From an uncultured bacterium (lineage in GTDB: Bacteria > Bacteroidota > Rhodothermia > Balneolales > DATFMH01): a stretch of DNA of 64,000 nt. Below are positions 57,382 to 64,000 of the stretch, one piece after another. The stretch is from positions 182,638 through 246,637 of the forward strand of contig CAWBCD010000014.1 in the NCBI GenBank assembly GCA_963787205.1. The letters are read 5' to 3'. The notes beneath the pieces were generated by a model. The model saw nothing but the letters and a program-made list of their open reading frames with translations, was not told the origin of the DNA and ran no database searches. A program made the position numbers and the translations under genes. Numbering within the stretch: the first letter of the stretch is position 1; every line of letters starts with the position of its first letter.

Positions 57382-58596
57382 ATGGGAAAAAATTCAAGAC
57401 GGAACAAAAAGAAGAAAAATTATAACCGGCAGAAGGGTAAACAACAGAAAAGTTCTGCACCTGCATTTATCGACAACCAGAATGTGGAGGTTGGAGGTAA
57501 ATACTCAGGCGTACTCGAACTGGCCCTGAATAATTACGGTTTCATCCGTAAGTTGGATTTTGAGTTTTCAAAGACAGATAAAGATCCGTTTCTGACACCT
57601 CAGGAGATGATTCAATACAGCCTTCGGCCGGGATTGGAACTGGAAGGAACCTATGAGCAGGATCAGCAGGGGAATAAGCACGTTCACTCGATCGAGCGGA
57701 TAAATGGCAAACCAGCTGATGCCTGGAAGATGGTTCCGCGTTTCGAGTTTCAAACACCCATCATGCCCGATGAATCCCTGAAGTTGTCAACAAGCCCCGA
57801 GAACATTGACATGCGGGTTGTTGATCTCATTGCTCCAATAGGAAAAGGGCAGCGAGCTCTTATCGTCGCTCCACCACGTACCGGTAAAACCGTTCTCTTG
57901 AAGGAGATTGCCAACAGCATTGATGAACTGCATAAAGATGTCCATCTTGCTATCCTTCTTGTAGATGAACGACCGGAAGAGGTAACTGACTTTATGCGAT
58001 CAACGAAAGGACGTGTCTTTGCATCCTCCAACGACAAACCAACGGAAAGCCACATCAGGATTTCGGAAATGGCTCTTGGCTATGTGAAACGTAAGGCTGA
58101 AGAGGGTGAAGATGCCGTGCTTCTTATCGATTCGTTGACCCGTCTGGGACGCGCCTACAACGCAGCGCAGAGCAATAGCGGACGTACGCTCTCGGGCGGA
58201 CTTGATATCAGAGCACTCGAAATCCCTAAAAAAATATTCGGATCTGCCCGTAATATTGAGGGCGGTGGGTCATTAACCATCATTTCCACCTGCCTCGTTG
58301 AAACGAACTCACGCATGGATGATCTGATCTTCGAGGAGTTTAAAGGTACCGGTAATATGGAACTGGTGCTAGATCGCGAATTAGCAAACGATCGCGTCTT
58401 TCCTGCGATTAACATAGCCGCTTCCGGCACACGCTATGAAGAGCGTATCATCGAAGGATCAATTGACGAGAGGAATATGGTGCGACGATACCTTCTCCGG
58501 AAGTCACCAAAAGAATCGATGCAGAGCTTGCTTCAGGTCTTACGCAGGACCAAAAGCAACCAGGAACTGCTAAATCAGATTGCTGCTTTCAGTTGA
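57382..58596 (+). CDS. rho: Transcription termination factor Rho (short form with a basic N-terminal tail)
   Basis: CSD-like GVLELALNNYGFIR, Walker A APPRTGKT, LLVDERPEEV, DSLTRLGRAYN, and R-loop/Q-loop regions. 404 aa. Confidence 0.95.
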   Translation: MGKNSRRNKKKKNYNRQKGKQQKSSAPAFIDNQNVEVGGKYSGVLELALNNYGFIRKLDFEFSKTDKDPFLTPQEMIQYSLRPGLELEGTYEQDQQGNKHVHSIERINGKPADAWKMVPRFEFQTPIMPDESLKLSTSPENIDMRVVDLIAPIGKGQRALIVAPPRTGKTVLLKEIANSIDELHKDVHLAILLVDERPEEVTDFMRSTKGRVFASSNDKPTESHIRISEMALGYVKRKAEEGEDAVLLIDSLTRLGRAYNAAQSNSGRTLSGGLDIRALEIPKKIFGSARNIEGGGSLTIISTCLVETNSRMDDLIFEEFKGTGNMELVLDRELANDRVFPAINIAASGTRYEERIIEGSIDERNMVRRYLLRKSPKESMQSLLQVLRRTKSNQELLNQIAAFS

Positions 58597-58599
58597 TCC

Positions 58600-58995
58600 C
58601 TAGTAGGTCGGTAGTGACGTATCTATTTCCCGTGCCCATTCGTTGATGCCCCCGCGCAGATTTTTCACGTTCTCAAATCCTTTGTTTTGCAGGTAAAAAC
58701 AAGCCTGAGCGCTCCTGCTACCACTCCGACAGATGATGACAATTTCGTCATTTTTGTAGTCGAATAACTCTTCATAGCGGGTTACCAATTCAGCAAGCGG
58801 AATTGATATGGCGGGGATGCTGCTTATCTTCAGTTCATGAGGTTCCCGCACATCGAGAATGACCGGTTTTGAACCATTCTCCATCTTACTGTGGAGCTGT
58901 TGCACAGTTATCTCTTCTATTTGCATGCCTGTAGTGTTGTTAAAGACTCTTAAAACCTGATTGATCAGAGCCCTAAAATATGATGTTTTACTCAT
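58600..58995 (-). CDS. Rhodanese-domain sulfurtransferase
   Basis: The C-terminal approximately 100 aa form a rhodanese fold with active-site loop CRSGSRS and GGINEW. The ATG at 58995 is embedded in the lptB stop (AATGAGTAA). The ORF-track start at 59106 would overlap lptB by 119 nt. Confidence 0.75.
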   Translation of the reverse strand: MSKTSYFRALINQVLRVFNNTTGMQIEEITVQQLHSKMENGSKPVILDVREPHELKISSIPAISIPLAELVTRYEELFDYKNDEIVIICRSGSRSAQACFYLQNKGFENVKNLRGGINEWAREIDTSLPTY

Positions 58996-59770
58996 TTCTG
59001 AAACGGTAACGTTCCAGACTAAATTGGCTGCCGAGATAAAGTTTCCTGGCCTCCTCATCATTTGCCAGAAAATCAGCTGTGCCTTCCTTGAGAATCTTCC
59101 CTTCAAACATTAAATACGCCCGGTCTGTAATAGCAAGGGTCTCATGCACATTATGATCGGTGATCAGTATACCTATATTTTTTTGCTTCAAAGATGCCAC
59201 CATTTCCTGGAGGTCTTCGACCGCGATGGGATCAATACCGGCGAATGGTTCATCAAGCAGCATGAAATGGGGATTGGTCGCCAACGAACGTGCTACTTCA
59301 ACCCTGCGTCGTTCTCCGCCCGATAGATTAAATCCTTTATTCTTTACAAATCTTTGCAGGTTGAATTCTTCAATAAGCTGATCTGTACGTTGTCGGATCT
59401 CATTTCTGTGCAGGCCTTTGAATTGCAATATAGATTCCAGGTTCTCGCGAACAGTAAGATTTCGGAAGATACTTGCCTCCTGGGATAAATAACCAATGCC
59501 CATCCGTGCCCTTTTATACATCGGCTGGTCGGTGATATTATTATCATTGTAGAAGATGGAACCCTTATTAGGCTGGATAAGACCAACGAACATATAGAAA
59601 GTAGTTGTCTTTCCTGCTCCATTTGGACCCAAAAGACCAACAATCTCACCCTGTTTTACACGCAGACTTACTTCGGAAACAACGACGCGTCTCCGGTAAC
59701 GTTTAATCAGGTTCTGACAGTGAAGCAGATCGGGTTCGCTATCAGGAATGTGTGGTGAGTTGGTACTCAT
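58988..59770 (-). CDS. lptB: LPS export ABC transporter ATP-binding protein LptB
   Basis: Walker A GPNGAGKTT, signature LSGGERRRVEVAR, Walker B MLLDEPFAGIDP, and an LptB-type C-terminus. Confidence 0.9.
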   Translation of the reverse strand: MSTNSPHIPDSEPDLLHCQNLIKRYRRRVVVSEVSLRVKQGEIVGLLGPNGAGKTTTFYMFVGLIQPNKGSIFYNDNNITDQPMYKRARMGIGYLSQEASIFRNLTVRENLESILQFKGLHRNEIRQRTDQLIEEFNLQRFVKNKGFNLSGGERRRVEVARSLATNPHFMLLDEPFAGIDPIAVEDLQEMVASLKQKNIGILITDHNVHETLAITDRAYLMFEGKILKEGTADFLANDEEARKLYLGSQFSLERYRFRNE

Positions 59771-60782
59771 TAAGATGCTGGACCATATTTGTCAATAGCT
59801 CAATACCATTGTCGATGTCGCTCACGGCAACCGTCTCGACGGTGCTATGCATGTAACGCAGGGGTATACTGAGCCCGGTTACATGGGCTCCCTGTCCTGT
59901 CAGATACTGAATGGCAGAGGTATCAGTTCCACCAGCCGTGAGCAGCTCCTTCTGATACATAACCTTGTTCTTCTGTGCCACCTGTTCTGCAAAAGAAACC
60001 AGCCCCGGTGTACAGATTGCACTACCGTCCATAATCTTGATGCCGATACCTTCGCCGATTTTTGTGCATTGATCGCGGGTCTCGACACCGGGTATGTCGT
60101 TGGAGAGGGTGACATCCAGAGTTATACCGATGTCAGGCTGTAATTTATTGGTGGCTACACGGGCACCCCTAATGCCTACTTCCTCCTGAACGGTAAAGAC
60201 AGCGTAGAAATCGCAGTTTACATCCTTAAGATTTCGTATGGTTTCGACCAGCATGTAGACGGAAACGCGATTATCAAGAGATTTGCCTGTCACGTAATTA
60301 CCCATTCTCTTCAGGGTTCTCTCACGTGTTATAGGTGATCCAACAGGGACCAACTCTTTGACCTTTTCAACCGGCAAGCCAACATCGATAAAAAACAGTT
60401 CAGTCTTTGGTGCCTTTTTCCGTTCCTCGGGCGACTGTGCATGAATCGGTTTGGTTCCTATGACACCGATAAGATCCTCCTTTCCGTGTACGACGACACG
60501 CTGGGTAGAAAGCGTTGTCGGATCAAACCCGCCCAGTGTATGGAACCGTATAAATCCCTGATCGTCAATAAATTTTGCAATAAGGGATATTTCATCCATG
60601 TGCGCCGCCGCCATGACACGGGGACCATTTCCTTTACGGTGTACGATCAAATTTCCAATACCATCGATATAAAACTCATCGCAGTGATCTTTGATTTGAT
60701 CGATGATAAGAGAACGTATCTTTTCTTCGAAACCCGGCGCCCCCGGTGTTTCTGAGATTAAAGCAAGTAAGTCGAAATTCAT
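59742..60782 (-). CDS. M42-family (FrvX/CelM-like) aminopeptidase
   Basis: TPGAPGFEEKIR, AHMDEI, and D/E metal-ligand spacing typical of M42 peptidases. 346 aa. Confidence 0.8.
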   Translation of the reverse strand: MNFDLLALISETPGAPGFEEKIRSLIIDQIKDHCDEFYIDGIGNLIVHRKGNGPRVMAAAHMDEISLIAKFIDDQGFIRFHTLGGFDPTTLSTQRVVVHGKEDLIGVIGTKPIHAQSPEERKKAPKTELFFIDVGLPVEKVKELVPVGSPITRERTLKRMGNYVTGKSLDNRVSVYMLVETIRNLKDVNCDFYAVFTVQEEVGIRGARVATNKLQPDIGITLDVTLSNDIPGVETRDQCTKIGEGIGIKIMDGSAICTPGLVSFAEQVAQKNKVMYQKELLTAGGTDTSAIQYLTGQGAHVTGLSIPLRYMHSTVETVAVSDIDNGIELLTNMVQHLNEYQLTTHS

Positions 60783-60787
60783 ATAGA

Positions 60788-61489
60788 TTATGCGGTTTGA
60801 AGTGCAGAGAGAAGCGATTCAAATATAAACCGACCATCCGTAGACCCGGAGAAGGGTTCCACAACCCGTTCGGGGTGAGGCATCAGGCCAAGCACATTTT
60901 TCCCTTTGTTGCAGATTCCTGCAATATTATTCATTGATCCGTTGGGATTGGATTTGTCGGTAATCGAACCATCAGGCTCGCAGTAGCGAAATATAATCTG
61001 CTGATTATCCTCGAGTCGTTTTAGGGTCTCGGGATCTGTAAAATAATTACCTTCTCCGTGAGCAATTGGTACCTTAATGACTTGTCCTTTTTCAAGTTGA
61101 TTGGTGAAGAGTGTATCGTTGTTCTCAGTACGCAGCCAAATATGTTTACAAACAAAACGTAAATCATGGTTACGAAGCATGGCTCCTTCCAGTAATCCCG
61201 ATTCAAGTAATATTTGGAAGCCATTGCAAATACCCATTACAACGCCACCTTTGTTTGCAAAATCGACAATTGCATTCAAAACAGGGGAGAATCTCGCAAT
61301 AGCTCCGGATCGTAAGTAGTCACCGTATGAGAAACCACCGGGAATGATGATGATATCAGAACCTTGCAGATCCGTTTCTTTATGCCAGATGAAACGGGTT
61401 TCTGCATTCATCACATGTGCGGCAGCGTGATAAGCATCATGATCACAATTTGAACCCGGGAAAACAATAACACCAAACTTTGTAGCCAC
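60788..61489 (-). CDS. purQ: Phosphoribosylformylglycinamidine synthase subunit PurQ (glutaminase)
   Basis: (V>M)[27 protein letters not shown], catalytic GICNGFQIL, and MPHPER. The GTG at 61489, 2 nt after the clpS stop, is preferred over the ATG at 61552. Confidence 0.9.
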   Translation of the reverse strand: MATKFGVIVFPGSNCDHDAYHAAAHVMNAETRFIWHKETDLQGSDIIIIPGGFSYGDYLRSGAIARFSPVLNAIVDFANKGGVVMGICNGFQILLESGLLEGAMLRNHDLRFVCKHIWLRTENNDTLFTNQLEKGQVIKVPIAHGEGNYFTDPETLKRLEDNQQIIFRYCEPDGSITDKSNPNGSMNNIAGICNKGKNVLGLMPHPERVVEPFSGSTDGRFIFESLLSALQTA

Positions 61490-61491
61490 GA

Positions 61492-61797
61492 TTATCCTTT
61501 TATTTCGGTAATAAGTTGAATTTCCTGTAAAATAGCGTTTCGCTTGAAACACTCTTCAAACGGCCCCTTATAAACGACTGCTTTGCCTTCTGTATGGACA
61601 GTTACGGTAATTTTCTCTGCCTCCTCGATGCTACAGCTTAATGCCTTTTGCAACTGATGGATCACTTCATCGAACGTATGAATATCGTCGTTATAGAGTA
61701 TAAGTCGCCAAGGTATGTCGATATCTTCTTCGACAGCTACCTCTGGAGTCGTTTTTGTCCGTGGATCTTCCGTTGCTGTCGCAATCGTTCGAACCAT
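61492..61797 (-). CDS. clpS: ATP-dependent Clp protease adaptor ClpS
   Basis: [24 protein letters not shown]...[18 protein letters not shown] matches the ClpS core. Start is the ATG at 61797, or the TTG at 61803 overlapping the purS stop. Confidence 0.8.
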   Translation of the reverse strand: MVRTIATATEDPRTKTTPEVAVEEDIDIPWRLILYNDDIHTFDEVIHQLQKALSCSIEEAEKITVTVHTEGKAVVYKGPFEECFKRNAILQEIQLITEIKG

Positions 61798-61799
61798 AA

Positions 61800-62057
61800 T
61801 CAAGCCGTTTGTAATTCTGTTACTTCGATATCGTAATCTTCCATTACGGGATTGGCGAGCAGTTTATCTGCAGCCTGGTTTGCCATTTCCATGGCTTGTT
61901 CACGATCATCTGTCTGGATCATCAGTTCGATATGTTTCCCGATCCGAACCTGTGTGATGTTCTTGAGTCCCAGATTTTGGAGGGCGTGATGTGCTGCCTT
62001 ACCCTGCGGATCGAGGATGGATGGACGTAGTGTTACGGTCAACTTGGCTTTGTACAT
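61800..62057 (-). CDS. purS: Phosphoribosylformylglycinamidine synthase subunit PurS
   Basis: MYKAKLTVTLRPSILDPQGKAAHHALQNLG is the PurS signature. The ATG at 62057 is preferred over 62093. Confidence 0.85.
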   Translation of the reverse strand: MYKAKLTVTLRPSILDPQGKAAHHALQNLGLKNITQVRIGKHIELMIQTDDREQAMEMANQAADKLLANPVMEDYDIEVTELQTA

Positions 62058-62095
62058 GCGTGTTGTATGTTTATTGAAATTGTCAATGGCCAAAT

Positions 62096-63040
62096 TTAAT
62101 GGATTTTCTGGTCAGCTACTACCTTATTGATTTGCTGAATCATAAGGTCGGTAATCACTTCTTCGCTGAGTTCATCGAGATCGATCCATATAACGTTTTG
62201 CCAGCGCTTGAACCACGTGAGCTGACGTTTTGCATAACGACGGGTATTGCGCTTTATTAGTCCTATTGCTTCCTGTAAATCATATTTGCCATACAGGTAG
62301 TTGTAAAGCTCGGTATATCCCACCGTTTTGAGTGCAGATCCACGGAAGTCGTATCCTTTTCGCAAGAGGAACTTTGCTTCTTCAACCAATCCCTGTTCAA
62401 TCATGTGATCCACACGTCGTTCGATACGTTTATACAGGTGTTCCCTCGAACGTTTTAGAACAAATACCAGAGTATCTTTGTTTGGTTCCGGATGTTCATC
62501 CTGTTCATGGAAGGAACTGAAGGGTTTGCCTGTTTTGCGATAGACTGCCAAGGCACGTAATATTCGCTGAGTATTCCGGCCATCCATCTTACCCGCATAA
62601 ACGGGATCGATTTTCTCAAGCTGGTGGTATAGGTGGTCAATTCCCTTATTACTTAATTCATCCTGCAATTCCCGGAGAATGTCAGGATCAGATTCCGGAA
62701 CATCATCCAATGGCCTGATCAATCCTTCAAGGTAAAGGGTGCTTCCTCCGACAAACAACATAAAGGGATAATCGGTGCCAAATTCTTTTTCCCATTTTTT
62801 TACCCTCTCAAGAAAAAGCTGCACGTTATCGTCCACATCGGGTTCCAGGATAGAAATATTGTAATGAGTGATACCGGCTCGTTCATCCTGGGTGATTTTT
62901 CCAGTGCCGATGTCCATATACTTGTAACATTGCCGGGCATCGGCAGAAACCACGGGTACATCCCAGTACTGAGCGATTCTGAGTGAGAGCTCTGTTTTCC
63001 CCACGGCTGTGGGACCCGCTATAATTACGCGTTTAGACAA
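62096..63040 (-). CDS. miaA: tRNA dimethylallyltransferase MiaA
   Basis: P-loop IIAGPTAVGKTELS, SADARQCYKYMDIGT, and RQLTWF. The TTG at 63040 gives (M)SKRVIIAGPT. The ORF-track start at 63166 would overlap the neighbouring gene by 104 nt. Confidence 0.85.
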   Translation of the reverse strand: MSKRVIIAGPTAVGKTELSLRIAQYWDVPVVSADARQCYKYMDIGTGKITQDERAGITHYNISILEPDVDDNVQLFLERVKKWEKEFGTDYPFMLFVGGSTLYLEGLIRPLDDVPESDPDILRELQDELSNKGIDHLYHQLEKIDPVYAGKMDGRNTQRILRALAVYRKTGKPFSSFHEQDEHPEPNKDTLVFVLKRSREHLYKRIERRVDHMIEQGLVEEAKFLLRKGYDFRGSALKTVGYTELYNYLYGKYDLQEAIGLIKRNTRRYAKRQLTWFKRWQNVIWIDLDELSEEVITDLMIQQINKVVADQKIH

Positions 63041-63062
63041 TGTAGTTTTTACTGAAAAAGTA

Positions 63063-64000
63063 CTAAATATGATACGGTAATGATACTGTGAGGGATATTC
63101 GGTGAGTGAAGCCAAGGTCACTGGCCGCACCACTGAAATTGGTGAAACAGTAATCAATCGAGACATGACCGATGTGAATACCGGCTCCTAATGTCGGAGA
63201 AGTATAGATGTGTGCTGACCGGTCAGTGGTAAAATCAGTAAATCCAAATCGGATAGAAGCGATGTCCCTGAAGGATACTTCTCCCCCCAAATGTGGTTCG
63301 ATGCTCATCCTTCCCAGGTTGATGTAATATGTCCTTCGGTTCTCGAAGCGTAAATCGACATCTGCAGTTGCAAGGAACTGAAAATTTTTGATCACTTTAA
63401 AAGTATGGCTGACACCTGTTTTTAGGGTAGGATACACGATCTCATTCTGGCCGGTTGGCATGATGTTGCCCAGCTCCGGGAGATTTTTGAGGGAAGACTT
63501 ATTAACCTCCCAGAATTTTATTAGTGATGGGATATTCATGAGATTGACACCCCATCTGAAATATTTGTTCTCATATAACAATCCGGCATCGAGGCTGTAA
63601 CCCCATGCCTTTGCAAACGGTCCTATTTTACTGTGCAGAACCTTTGCGCTCACGCCCCATGAAAGCCCACGACTAGCTTTGTTTGCCAGTGACAAGACAA
63701 AAGCGTAGTCATTGTCTCCAAAAGTAGGAAACGTTGTGTTTGGATCGGGAAGGTTGTTGGGATTGTCGGGGTTGAGTGCACTGAGTGTATTTTTGATGCC
63801 ATCGACTCCTTGTCTGTAAAAGCTGAACGCCAATGTTCCTTTTGAATGCTGCAAGGGAAGGGCTACAGCACCATAATCGTAGCCTACGATGCCGCTGAAT
63901 CGCTCTGAATGCATAAAAACCATCTGCAATTTATCGACATGAGCAAGACCAGCCGGGTTCCAGTATCCCGAAGTTACGTCGCCTGGCATTGAAACATAGC
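63063..64000 (-). CDS. PorV/PorQ-family (T9SS-associated) outer-membrane beta-barrel, N-terminus beyond the right edge
   Basis: The reading frame is open to position 64000. The GYWNPAGLA motif and a Y/G/F-rich strand pattern resemble PorV/PorQ/FadL-like barrels. Confidence 0.5.
   Translation of the reverse strand, partial: YVSMPGDVTSGYWNPAGLAHVDKLQMVFMHSERFSGIVGYDYGAVALPLQHSKGTLAFSFYRQGVDGIKNTLSALNPDNPNNLPDPNTTFPTFGDNDYAFVLSLANKASRGLSWGVSAKVLHSKIGPFAKAWGYSLDAGLLYENKYFRWGVNLMNIPSLIKFWEVNKSSLKNLPELGNIMPTGQNEIVYPTLKTGVSHTFKVIKNFQFLATADVDLRFENRRTYYINLGRMSIEPHLGGEVSFRDIASIRFGFTDFTTDRSAHIYTSPTLGAGIHIGHVSIDYCFTNFSGAASDLGFTHRISLTVSLPYHI

Noticed and set aside
58996-59106. Longer (168-aa) form of the rhodanese ORF
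   Set aside because: The extra 37 residues would overlap the lptB 3' end by 119 nt and are not rhodanese-like. The ATG coupled to the lptB stop is a better start.
63041-63166. Longer (356-aa) form of miaA
   Set aside because: The extension overlaps the PorV/PorQ-like gene by 104 nt and precedes the P-loop by 50 residues that are not MiaA-like. The TTG at 63040 gives a canonical N-terminus.
1-64000. Searched for CRISPR arrays, IS elements, integrases next to tRNA-Asp, prophage genes, RM, TA or other defence modules, and long direct or inverted repeats
   Set aside because: I recognised none by eye. The only repeated elements seen are the parS pair and the short repeats upstream of yceI. A dot-plot or repeat finder and a defence-system HMM scan would be needed to exclude them formally.

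Overview
This window looks like ordinary core chromosome, probably close to the replication origin. About 58 protein genes and one tRNA (tRNA-Asp) are densely packed on both strands. I found no transposase, integrase, phage gene, CRISPR array, restriction-modification gene, toxin-antitoxin pair or recognisable defence system. I could not identify a clear-cut novel system and do not want to invent one.

Gene content, left to right:
- rsmG (partial), mnmG and tRNA-Asp, with two perfect parS sites around the rsmG start
- apaG
- an outer-membrane protein / 99-aa protein / MBL-hydrolase operon
- a mannose-1-P guanylyltransferase, a two-component pair, and ruvA-ruvC
- fabI
- ffh and rpsP-rimM-trmD-rplS
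- mrp
- cupin-gcvT-comB
- an envelope and division block: ftsK, a lolA-like gene, a UPF0104 membrane protein, a 560-aa beta-barrel, two HU-like genes (one with a SPOR domain) and exbB-exbD-tonB
- gntK and yceI
- GH2-xylA-xylB
- a DesD-like desaturase
- glgP, ispE and a CCA-adding enzyme
- a sugar nucleotidyltransferase divergent from a membrane-anchored Mur-ligase paralogue
- a lolC/E permease
- glgB-malQ-comA, a half-length glgA-like gene, then a lipoprotein, a beta-barrel and a TPR protein
- rho
- a long minus-strand string: miaA-purS-clpS-purQ-M42 peptidase-lptB-rhodanese
- a PorV/PorQ-like barrel, partial at the right edge

The gene set (PorV/PorQ-like barrel, HU-like plus SPOR protein, half-length GlgA next to a lipoprotein, long-tailed S16) suggests a member of the Bacteroidota/Rhodothermota/Balneolota (FCB) group. 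Sigma70-like promoter hexamers and visible Shine-Dalgarno sites argue against a classical Bacteroides-type organism.

Items most worth a second look:
- the parS pair
- a Mur ligase whose N-terminal domain is replaced by about 5 predicted TM helices
- a half-length GlgA that has lost the K-x-G-G-L motif
- a C9 homopolymer inside a lipoprotein gene
- clpS nested between purS and purQ
- unlinked comA and comB embedded in glycogen and glycine-cleavage operons
- a Rho lacking the N-terminal helix bundle
- an apparently split HU-like/SPOR gene

All product calls rest on motifs and family resemblance recognised by eye and from memory. No database search, HMM scan or RNA folding was run.
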